The notes beneath the pieces are model-generated. The model ran no database searches and had not been told where the DNA came from. It saw only the letters and a program-made list of their open reading frames with translations. From positions 1-61,980 of the forward strand of contig CACXQO010000002.1 in NCBI GenBank assembly GCA_902769815.1: 61,980 nucleotides of DNA, given 5' to 3'. A program made the translations under genes and the position numbers. This stretch comes from an uncultured Bacteroidia bacterium. GTDB lineage: Bacteria > Bacteroidota > Bacteroidia > Bacteroidales > F082. Positions 52,015-60,326 of this stretch are shown piece by piece (the stretch's first letter is position 1; the number at the start of each line of letters is the position of its first letter).

Positions 52015-52636
52015 TTATAAAAGTTTCAAACAATTTGCTGGAACAAAGGCAATGGCCACAGCTGCAACGCCTTCACTTTGTACCACTACACGCTTGTTTT
52101 TGTTGATTCGCTTAATGGTGCCCTCAATTCCTTCAAAAAACGTCAATGATTCTAGCAGGTCTGCCAATGTTGTTTCGAAATTAGTTGTAATCCAAAAACA
52201 TGACGCTGTCGTCTTATATGGATGCCTCACGCATGAAATTATTCATTTGCCCATCAGAAACGTGAATGATTTCCTTCTTTTCGTTAGGAGAAGCAGTCCA
52301 TTTCATGATATATCTCACGGGTGTAAAAGTCTATCTCGTCATCTTCAGCTGGGTCAAACACTCTTGTGTCGATCTAACGAAAATCAGATTATGAATGGCA
52401 GGCAGCAGCATACGCTTCCTCCCTCCATTTTTCGTTTCCACCACTTCCCAATGCATTGGCATAAAACTCTCAACACCCATCTCGTCAAGCAAAGCTTTGA
52501 TTTTCATTTCCCTATGATAAGTGATACGCATAGGAAACCAATGCACCAAGGCTTCTTTTCTAATTACTTGATTTACAGTGTCTTGTCTGGGGGGGGGGGG
52601 GGGGGGGGGGAAAAAATTGCGTGGTTTCATTTGCAT
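52015..52636 (-). pseudogene. Decayed UpxY/NusG-like antiterminator gene (paralogue of 45648-46304)
   Basis: VHWFPMRITYHREMKIKALLDEMGVESFMPMH...LLPAIHNLIFVRS, then an in-frame TAG (52331-52333), two in-frame TAA codons and one frameshift before ...EGIEGTIKRINKNKRVVVQ. The conserved 5' leader catattgcgctgatttccagctaca matches 46303-46326. Confidence 0.8.
52589..52610. repeat. Homopolymer: 22 consecutive G (C22 on the coding strand of the decayed NusG-like gene)
   Basis: Counted directly, and consistent with F + 7 x Pro in the ORF translation. Confidence 0.95.
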
Positions 52637-53142
52637 TTGTTTTAGTATAAAAGCTATTCATATTGCGCTGATTTCCAGCTACACAAATAAATAACTACTT
52701 ATTCCATGCCTTACTTCAAAGAAATAAGACCATAATTTGACTGCAAATATAGGTATTATTCTTTCTCCTAATAAAACCAAATTAAAAAAAGTTTAAAACC
52801 GACCAACTTTGTCTTGATATAAACCATATACGTATAATATAAGTGGAATATAAAAACACCAAAAACCGCAATGTAGATGGTTTCTTGAATGTGAATCCGA
52901 TTGAAGTGGATTGCTGCGTGGAGACATGGCAATATCCACCCATACCCACCGATAAACGATATGTGGACAAATTGTCGTTGGCCTTATCGCTTCGAGATAA
53001 CCACGACCCACGGGTGGAAAAAGAAGTTGAACTAATGATTGAACAATTATGGTAAAAGGATTGGAAATTTAAAGGTTTATCGAAATCTTTTAGAGTTTTT
53101 ATTGACGGAATTCCATGTACCAACCAACACTAATATACTATT

Positions 53143-54512
53143 CTAAAACGAATCGATAATTTCCCAATGACCGCCTTTATCTGGACCAACACGACGGATT
53201 TGGCCAATAGCACGTAAATTACGAAGAATCTTTTTTACCCCACTTTCTGAAAGTCCAGTCATCTCTTGAAGTTCTTTGATTGTAATTACAGAATTCTTTG
53301 CTATCGCTTCCAATATTTTCTGGTTACTTTTCTGGTTACTCTCAGTTTCCTTTGTAGTTTTCTGATGTCGGCACCACTACCTGCTTTCTCTCCAACACCC
53401 ACAAAAACGAACATTTTCTGAAGCAGAGGATTGCGACATACACTATAACCACCCTCCCAAAAATTCTCCATACTGACAAGCATCGTTCCTGGATTCGACA
53501 TTATAATGCGGTCATCGTAACGGTCAATCACGATGTTACCCATCACTGTGTAAGCGCAATGAATCAGACAGTTCCCAAAAGCTTCCCTTAATGAAGTATG
53601 AGCTGATGTGGTGTCTTTACGTCGTTGGTTCTCGTCTAATTTGAAAGGCACAGGAAGTGCGTGCTGCAACATCGGAAGCACTCTACTATAAAATTGGTAG
53701 AGATTGGCTTCCCATGTGCCATCAGGATAAACACGGTTCGTCCAGCGCACATCCTTACCGTCGCCAAGATGTTCTCGATAGTCAGGGAAGAAGTTAGGGC
53801 AACATTCAGGGTCGGTAATGCTGCTGTACTTTCCAAACATCAGCATCCCAGCCACTGTATAACCTTCTTGTCCAGTAGCCCTGTCTTTGCGATAGGCACC
53901 GACACTCTCCAAGAAACGCTGGTCGTCAAAGTCATTCCACGGGTGGTTCTCATGTCTATCCTTATATGCCTGCCGATAGTTCCGTAGCGTCGCAATATCA
54001 ATGTCATCAAAGCTATAGCCTGTCAATATGCGTGAGTCTGCCGAGTGCTGCACATTGTTCGCATCTGAGAACATCTGCCGCACTTCATCGTCGGAGCAAA
54101 CATAATCGCCTTCGTGATAACGCTTATAGGTGTGTCCAAACGGATTGAGCGTTAAATAGACAGGACACAGGTAGTATGGAGCCTTGGAAATACTAAACAC
54201 CAACAGCCTTACACCGTCTTCCATCACATGCTCTTCCACATCCCTTTCTGTCAGCAGTGGGATACTCACGCAGCTTTTGTTATGCGCGTTGTCCCAAAAC
54301 GACTTTTTATACGTGGCAATTTGTTCCTCCGTCAGTCCGTCAGGCGTAAACTTTCCATTCTTTTCCTTCACTCCCAATACAATCACGCCACCCTGAGTAT
54401 TTGCAAAAGCCGAAAAGGTCTCCCAAAAAGACCCAGGGAATCCACCTTTCGCCGACTTGTATTCCACTTCGGTTTCTTCCTTCAACTTCAGAAATTTCGC
54501 TATATTTTTCAT
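53143..54512 (-). pseudogene. AlbA_2/Schlafen-like ATP-binding transcriptional regulator (RecG-like annotation family), frameshifted before its C-terminal winged HTH
   Basis: N-terminal EVEYKSAKGGFPGSFWETFSAFANTQGGVIVLGV. After ...GSGADI the frame breaks. In another frame ...KILEAIAKNSVITIKELQEMTGLSESGVKKILRNLRAIGQIRRVGPDKGGHWEIIDSF-stop (stop at 53143). Confidence 0.6.
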
Positions 54513-54638
54513 TTTTCGTATTCCTTATAAGGTTATAAGCAGGTGCAAAGATACAACAAAGGCAGAAATGTTGCAAGAAACAGAAAGATTATCGGTTCGT
54601 CTTGTTCATTCACCCAATGCTACTGCAATGGATAAACA

Positions 54639-54842
54639 CGTGGATTTTGTGGATTTGTGGAAACATCTCTTTTTCAGCGTTTTGCAATAGTATTTATCGT
54701 CCACAATATCCACATGGCATTTATAGGAATCTCTTAACATTATCATTCCCAGCGTTTTCCACATTTTCCACTTGTGGATGGATAATTGTGGACTTACAAC
54801 ACATTGATTATTAAATATATCCACAATTTCCACAAATCCACA
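54639..54842. repeat. Cluster of about 11 TGTGGA/TCCACA hexamers (DnaA-box-like 9-mers) between the primase-helicase and AlbA_2 genes
   Basis: cGTGGA at 54639. TGTGGA at 54648, 54656, 54773 and 54787. TCCACA at 54700, 54709, 54758, 54820, 54829 and 54837. Several sit in TTATCCACA-like contexts (ATATCCACA, TTTTCCACA, AAATCCACA). Confidence 0.7.
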
Positions 54843-54843
54843 A

Positions 54844-57081
54844 TCACTTTTCGGAATTTTCATTTTCCCTCTCCTCTATCTGTTTCTTCAAGTCATTGTA
54901 ATCCTCTTCATTGAGCCAGTTTTTCGCATGGAAGATATAGATTCTCGACTTGCCCTGTTGCGTTTCCTTACCGTCAAAATACACAAAAGTGGTATTCTCA
55001 CCCTTGGCCAAAACACCTTTTTTAACCGACTCGTTCAAGTATCTTCTAATCTCGTACTTGTCGGCATCCCTTGTCTGTTTTTTCGTAAGCTCAAACAGCA
55101 CTTCCACCGACAGTCTGACTACGATTTGATTCAATGTGAAGAATTGCGTTAGCAGTACGTCTTTCACATTCTTAATCAGCGGGGGCTCGCTGGCCTCAAT
55201 CACCGCGTTCAATGCCGGTGTCTGGAAAAGGTTGTCATCAAAATAGAGACGGCCAGACTTGGGATAGTGGAGTTCGCGGTTCTTCAGGTAATGGAGAAAA
55301 GCGGGGATCTCATCCTTCATCTTCTCCTCTATCTCGGTATCTTCTGCGCCTTCAAACGGAGAGACCTTAATCACCCAAAAACGGGTATCGGCTGAGGTAA
55401 GCGGCGCAAATCCAGTCTCGTTGTTCGTGCAGAGGACAAACTTGGCGAAGCACTTCCCTCTTCTCGCGTCTTTTCCTTTAGGCTCGTAGGGCAACTCATC
55501 AGAAGTGGTGGCCATCTTCATAAAGTCGACGGAGTTCAAGTCAATGGCTGTAGCTTCGTCAACAAGCACCAGCTCTTTTCCTTCCAGCATGGCATTGAAC
55601 TTGTTGTTCAGCCTTACAGTATCCATGCAAACCGAATTTTCTTGGAACAAAAAATTCAGGAAATGCAACAGGGTGGATTTCCCCGTCTTTTGTTCCCAAC
55701 TCACCAAACAGAGAATCGGTAACCTTTGTTTTGGATGGGCGAACAGTAATTGGAAGTAATCCAACGCCATCTCATAGAGCAATTCCCCGTCATTGTTTGG
55801 ATAATCAAAAATGTGGTGAAGCACCTTATTGATATTGTCCCAACTGCCTTCTTTAGGAATGTGCGTGAGTTTGGCAAACCTGTTGTAAAGCACAGACCGG
55901 ATACCTGATTTTTCGTATTGAGGTGCAGGATTGTATTTTTCAGGATCGTTTTCAGGTTCGTATGCGAAGCCGTCATATTTCGGAATCTGTCGAATGAACT
56001 CCTGTGGCTGGGGATAATCCGCTTTGATTCTGAAATAGGTTGTTTTTTCCAGAACCAAATTGTTCAGGTCGTCCACGGTTTGCTTATACAAGTCTGGACC
56101 CACCATCGCATATCGAAACAAATCATCGGCGAAGGTAGGTTTAATCTTGCCCATGTCGTCCCGGTAGTATCGCGTATGGTTGTATGTCCATTCACGGTCA
56201 CCGATGTCGTCCTGGTAACGCTCATAAAACGACCTGAAACTATCAAGGCCAAAATACTTCCTTATCTGGTTCGTTCCGGCAATCTTTTCAACCGCAATGT
56301 AAGTGCCTTGTGCATTTTTCTTAACTGCCTGCAACTCAGCGAGGCATTTCTGTTGGTCGCATTGCCCGTTGAAAAGCAAGTCGTCAATGCCTTTGCCTCC
56401 CACATCGCGCAGAATATGCTCGTAAAAAACATCGCCTTGGAACACTTTCGATTCCCTAAGATAGTCGTAGAACTTAATCAGCGATTCGGAGAATTGTCTC
56501 GGGCGTTCCGTGGCTTCTTTTGCCTCGTCAAAGTTTTTCAGTTGGAGTGCATCGGCATCATGCAAGACAACGATTTCCCTTGGGCTGGTCTTTTCGATGA
56601 AATCCGCCAAGTCTGTATGCAGCTTCAGCTTGTCTTTGGCGGTGAAATTGTATATACCGCCGATTCCAATGGCACAAAGCCCGAATTTCGACAACACAAA
56701 CGCCTTTATTTCACCTTCCACGATGAACAACGTGTTGACCTTCTCCTTAGACTTGTATGCTTCAATCGCCTTGGGCGTGAAAAAGGGGAATGTTTCGGTT
56801 CCTTTAGGCTGCTTGTACTTTTGTTTTGGGTCTTTGGGATTCTTCAGCCTGGTTCTGACAAAAGCCCGGATACTGCGGCCTTCGTTTTTGGATCTGTCTT
56901 CGTATTCAAGAATGCGCCCATTAGGAGTAAGGTAATTGATAACAAGATTGTCGTTGTCGTCAGAGGTGAAGTAACGGAACTCTTTGATACCGAGGACGCC
57001 CTCAGCGTCTGTCACGCCTTTGAAACGGTTCTCTTCGTCAGTAATTCCAACGGCAGAAAGCCTTCGTTCACAATAACACAT
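54844..57081 (-). CDS. Primase-helicase: Toprim domain plus a C-terminal P-loop (P4/D5-type SF3 helicase-like)
   Basis: LFIVEGEIKAFVLSKFGLCAIGIGGIYNF...VVLHDAD (Toprim) and WEQKTGKSTLLHFLNFLF (Walker A). 745 aa. Typical of Bacteroidales mobilizable elements. Confidence 0.75.
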   Translation of the reverse strand: MCYCERRLSAVGITDEENRFKGVTDAEGVLGIKEFRYFTSDDNDNLVINYLTPNGRILEYEDRSKNEGRSIRAFVRTRLKNPKDPKQKYKQPKGTETFPFFTPKAIEAYKSKEKVNTLFIVEGEIKAFVLSKFGLCAIGIGGIYNFTAKDKLKLHTDLADFIEKTSPREIVVLHDADALQLKNFDEAKEATERPRQFSESLIKFYDYLRESKVFQGDVFYEHILRDVGGKGIDDLLFNGQCDQQKCLAELQAVKKNAQGTYIAVEKIAGTNQIRKYFGLDSFRSFYERYQDDIGDREWTYNHTRYYRDDMGKIKPTFADDLFRYAMVGPDLYKQTVDDLNNLVLEKTTYFRIKADYPQPQEFIRQIPKYDGFAYEPENDPEKYNPAPQYEKSGIRSVLYNRFAKLTHIPKEGSWDNINKVLHHIFDYPNNDGELLYEMALDYFQLLFAHPKQRLPILCLVSWEQKTGKSTLLHFLNFLFQENSVCMDTVRLNNKFNAMLEGKELVLVDEATAIDLNSVDFMKMATTSDELPYEPKGKDARRGKCFAKFVLCTNNETGFAPLTSADTRFWVIKVSPFEGAEDTEIEEKMKDEIPAFLHYLKNRELHYPKSGRLYFDDNLFQTPALNAVIEASEPPLIKNVKDVLLTQFFTLNQIVVRLSVEVLFELTKKQTRDADKYEIRRYLNESVKKGVLAKGENTTFVYFDGKETQQGKSRIYIFHAKNWLNEEDYNDLKKQIEERENENSEK

Positions 57082-57140
57082 CTCAACTTAATACTTCTTC
57101 CATAATACAATAATGAATTTAATTATGGCGGCAAAGCTAT

Positions 57141-57590
57141 TTATATTAAGAACACTTTTTTCTTACTATTATAAGCATCACTCCAATTCTGTAATGTGGT
57201 AACATTATAACCGAGTTTCTTCAAAGCATAATAAAGCGGGGGTTGAGATTCTTCTTCATAAATCATCTGTAATTCAATTGCAGCCTTCACACGGTGAACG
57301 ATGGCCGTACCGCTCAGACCTTGAATGTTTTTCAGAAACTTTTGCATATTGCTTTTGTTGCCGTGAAAGATTCGCAGCAATTCTTCGTTGCTTTCATATT
57401 CTATTTTCTTTTGAAAAATCATTTTATCACTCATTAGTCTGACTTTTTCCGCACATAAATCAAGGTAAACCAACATGTCATTGTCTTTCTTGTCCCATTC
57501 ACGGCTCACTTCTATATAGTCCATCTTCGCGTCATTCAAGATGAAATCCATCCATTCCATGCCATTGATTTCAACCAAATAAGAAAACAA
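57141..57590 (-). CDS. Hypothetical protein of the element backbone
   Basis: 149-aa ORF. Its 5' end overlaps the upstream gene by 55 nt, so a start at 57524 (MDYIEV) is more likely. Confidence 0.5.
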   Translation of the reverse strand: MFSYLVEINGMEWMDFILNDAKMDYIEVSREWDKKDNDMLVYLDLCAEKVRLMSDKMIFQKKIEYESNEELLRIFHGNKSNMQKFLKNIQGLSGTAIVHRVKAAIELQMIYEEESQPPLYYALKKLGYNVTTLQNWSDAYNSKKKVFLI

Positions 57591-58099
57591 TCAGTGACAT
57601 CATAAGGAGACCAGTACATTTTCATCAATTCCTGATGTCGCTTTTCTTGAAATCCATAGAGATGGTAAAAACTTTCCATTTCTTTTATTGCCTCTTCGAC
57701 ACATCCTTCCTTAATCATCTCTTGACATATCTCTTCTTTTGTTTTTTCTTCAAAAAGAGAACTCATAATGCATATATAACGTGAAGTCTCATCTATGAGA
57801 ATATCATTGCAAAACCTTTTCACCTTTTGGGTGAAACCCCGACCTTCTTTGTTTTCATCAATATGCCAGGTCATAGTATAACTAGGGTTATTTCTTATTT
57901 GTTGAATGTGTTGTTCCCATTCATTTAATCCGATAAAAAGCAGATGCATTACTTTATAGTCTTTCATTCCAAGGAAGCCTTTTTCCTCAGATATTTGCGC
58001 CACTTTTTCATAATACCCTTCAAATCCATCAAACACATACAGACCGAGATCGTTATCTGAATAAACAGGGAATAGATTGTTATTTGTGTTGTCATTCAT
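57536..58099 (-). CDS. Hypothetical protein of the element backbone
   Basis: 187-aa ORF in the same strand block as the integrase, HTH and primase genes. No family recognised. Confidence 0.5.
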   Translation of the reverse strand: MNDNTNNNLFPVYSDNDLGLYVFDGFEGYYEKVAQISEEKGFLGMKDYKVMHLLFIGLNEWEQHIQQIRNNPSYTMTWHIDENKEGRGFTQKVKRFCNDILIDETSRYICIMSSLFEEKTKEEICQEMIKEGCVEEAIKEMESFYHLYGFQEKRHQELMKMYWSPYDVTDCFLIWLKSMAWNGWISS

Positions 58100-58225
58100 T
58101 TTACTTCGTGTTTTATAGTTGTTTTATTCTTCAATCATTCTAATTGCACAACAGATTCCTTCTTTACATCGTCATCAAAATCATGATAACTGCAATCGGT
58201 TCGGATATTGCTTTTGCTTTTGTGG

Positions 58226-58504
58226 TCATGCCATTTCCTCCAATACCTTATTAACATCGCTTTCTTTATAGCGGACTTTGTTGCCCACTTTCACCCTTTT
58301 AAGAACCCCTTCTTTGTTCCACCTCCAAAGGGTCGGCTCTGTCACTCCTAACAGTTCCGCCACTTGTTTAATGGTCAAAAGCTTTTCTTCTTTGGGTTTG
58401 GTGTACTCCGTAATCAGATCAAGCATTTTTTCGATTCTCTCGAATTGTTCCGGGGTCATCTGAATTGAAATAACCGCCTGTTGGGTTGTTGGTTGTTTAA
58501 ACAT
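58226..58504 (-). CDS. Excisionase-like helix-turn-helix (MerR-superfamily) DNA-binding protein
   Basis: LTIKQVAELLGVTEPTLWRWNKEGVLKRVKVGNKVRYKESDV. Likely start MFKQPT at 58504. Confidence 0.7.
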   Translation of the reverse strand: MFKQPTTQQAVISIQMTPEQFERIEKMLDLITEYTKPKEEKLLTIKQVAELLGVTEPTLWRWNKEGVLKRVKVGNKVRYKESDVNKVLEEMA

Positions 58505-58569
58505 GTCTTTGTCGTTTTTAATGAAATATGATGCAAAAGTAATACAATGAAATATTGCATTATAAATAA

Positions 58570-58625
58570 TCAACCTATTCAACATTTTTTCAACATTTTT
58601 TCAACTTATTGTTTAAAATTTCAAC
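58570..58625. promoter_or_regulatory. Five TCAAC repeats, three of them phased at 11 bp, upstream of the HTH gene
   Basis: TCAAC at 58570, 58579, 58590, 58601 and 58621 (ttcaacatttt ttcaacatttt ttcaactt). Confidence 0.4.
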
Positions 58626-58657
58626 AAAAAGAAACACGGCTTTTTATACCGTGTTTC
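58625..58657 (-). terminator. Intrinsic terminator downstream of the integrase gene
   Basis: On the minus strand: gaaacacgg-tataaaaag-ccgtgtttc followed by TTTTTGTTG. Confidence 0.55.
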
Positions 58658-58699
58658 CCATTCCCTATTACGAATAATCCAACCGCCGTTCAATGATTC

Positions 58700-60196
58700 T
58701 TACCTCGTCGGCCAATTCTGTATCTTGGTTGATGGCTTCATTTTTCTCATAATGCTTCCATCAATTACATTCAACGATTTATCCACTTTGTATTCAGGTT
58801 GCCCAAAGGCGAAACACATCAATTTGAATTTGTCGGACAATTCAAGTCTGGTGTACCTATTCACGGCATCAGACCCAATTCGATGAAGTCCAGCCGCATA
58901 GAGATTGACTTGCGCCTTATTCATAATATCAACATGGGTTTTCCTGCAAAGTTTACTACTGGCCAACTCATATAAAGGTTTATACTCGTTATCTTCTATT
59001 TCTTCGTTGTAGACATTGCATTTCCTATCAATCCTGCACTTCTGCAACAATTGTCTGATTTTGGCATTGTACCCCCATTCCCCGCTCACATAATGGAGAA
59101 TGTGGAAATTGAACTTGTATTTTTTCACAATATCCAAAGCGTAACGAATTATCGGGGTTTCGATTTCGGAATTGTCGCGCTGCTCTTTTTTCGTCTTATT
59201 CGGCAAATAATGTATGTATGGAATGCCGTTTTTATCCACGCCGACATTGGCCATCGTTAGTTTCTGAAAGTCGGCCACACGGCAACCAAAAGCGCATTGG
59301 AGCAAAAAAGCGTCCTTTGTTTCCCTATGGCTTTCGGGAACATCGGTATTCATCACGGTCATGAACTCCTCGAAATGGAGAAAAACTGGTTCGTCGTAGC
59401 GTTCTTTTGTTGCCATCTTTACACGGTCTTTGCCCAACTTGCGGAATGGCGACTTTGCGATTTCGTCATCATCTTCCAAAGCACTGAAAAACGCCTTTAA
59501 TTGCTTCACGCGGGTTGCAGCCGTGTTTTGGTTTCTTGGTTCGTTTGGAATGTGTCTTGAGGGTTCGTTTGCGTATAACTTTGGCCATTTCTTCACATAC
59601 TTGTATTCATCAACGATGAATTGGCGGTATTCCATTACGTCATTTGGGGTGAAGTCCGAGGGAGTCATGGCGGTTCTACCTTTCACGGTCAAGAATCGTT
59701 CTACCTCTTTGGCGACAAGTTTATAAAGTGAGTATCGGCTTTCACCCCAAACGCCTTGTTTATATGAATCCTCAATGAATGCATTGAGGCGTTCCGACAA
59801 AGTGACGGTTTTGCTTGGCTCGGATTGTTCGGGGTGAAGCTCCCTAAACACCATTTCGTAAAACACTTTGCTTGTCATGTCGTAACCGCCTTGTTTCATT
59901 GCTGAATAGGCTCTTTTCATCGCGTCAATTTCATTGGCAATCTGTTTAACCAAAACAGGGTCGTAAATCTTCGTTCCCGCTTTCAGTGTACCATCATTGT
60001 TGAACTTTGCCAAATCCTTCAAGTCGGCTACAATTTCACTCCTATAAGAGAAATCGGCTTTCTTGCTGTCATAGAATCTGAATCTTAATCTTACATTGCC
60101 ACTCGTTTTCTTTGTGTGTTTAGTGGACTTTTTTGTTTTGCCATCGTTTTCATCGTCTTTGAAAGTCCCGATGGTCAGAATTGTAATGCGTTCCAT
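58700..60196 (-). CDS. int: Tyrosine site-specific integrase (Bacteroidales arm-binding-domain type)
   Basis: Start MERITILT at 60196. N-terminal arm-type domain, SAM-like core-binding domain, and catalytic region with ...FGCRVADFQKL..., ...KLCRKTHVDIM... and ...AGLHRIGSDAVNRYTRL (R...H..R...Y pattern). Confidence 0.85.
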   Translation of the reverse strand: MERITILTIGTFKDDENDGKTKKSTKHTKKTSGNVRLRFRFYDSKKADFSYRSEIVADLKDLAKFNNDGTLKAGTKIYDPVLVKQIANEIDAMKRAYSAMKQGGYDMTSKVFYEMVFRELHPEQSEPSKTVTLSERLNAFIEDSYKQGVWGESRYSLYKLVAKEVERFLTVKGRTAMTPSDFTPNDVMEYRQFIVDEYKYVKKWPKLYANEPSRHIPNEPRNQNTAATRVKQLKAFFSALEDDDEIAKSPFRKLGKDRVKMATKERYDEPVFLHFEEFMTVMNTDVPESHRETKDAFLLQCAFGCRVADFQKLTMANVGVDKNGIPYIHYLPNKTKKEQRDNSEIETPIIRYALDIVKKYKFNFHILHYVSGEWGYNAKIRQLLQKCRIDRKCNVYNEEIEDNEYKPLYELASSKLCRKTHVDIMNKAQVNLYAAGLHRIGSDAVNRYTRLELSDKFKLMCFAFGQPEYKVDKSLNVIDGSIMRKMKPSTKIQNWPTR

Positions 60197-60217
60197 AATG
60201 AAAATGTGTGTGTTAGT

Positions 60218-60246
60218 TTCGGGCAAAAATAGTAAAAATGCCCGAA
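60218..60246. repeat. Inverted pair of the TGCCCGAA motif at the right end of the element
   Basis: TTCGGGCA at 60218-60225 and TGCCCGAA at 60239-60246, just upstream of the integrase start. Confidence 0.6.
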
Positions 60247-60326
60247 AGAAATGCAATATAGCATAATAATCTTATTATCCGATTTAAGAATTTATATGAT
60301 ATATAATTGAATATCAATAATATTAA

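Noticed and set aside
52782-53123. ORFs of 60-113 aa in the AT-rich gap between the decayed NusG-like gene and the AlbA_2-like gene
   Set aside because: They overlap each other on both strands. They have no start context, motif or promoter box. I treat the region as non-coding. I also saw no tRNA-like cloverleaf there.
54606-54863. 85-aa ORF covering the TGTGGA/TCCACA motif cluster
   Set aside because: The repeated hexamers explain the open frame by chance, and it overlaps the primase stop. The region is better interpreted as a DNA-level repeat array.
55918-57105. 395-aa plus-strand ORF opposite the primase-helicase gene
   Set aside because: It is a shadow ORF. The minus-strand product has Toprim and Walker A motifs. 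The plus-strand product has no motifs and has biased composition.
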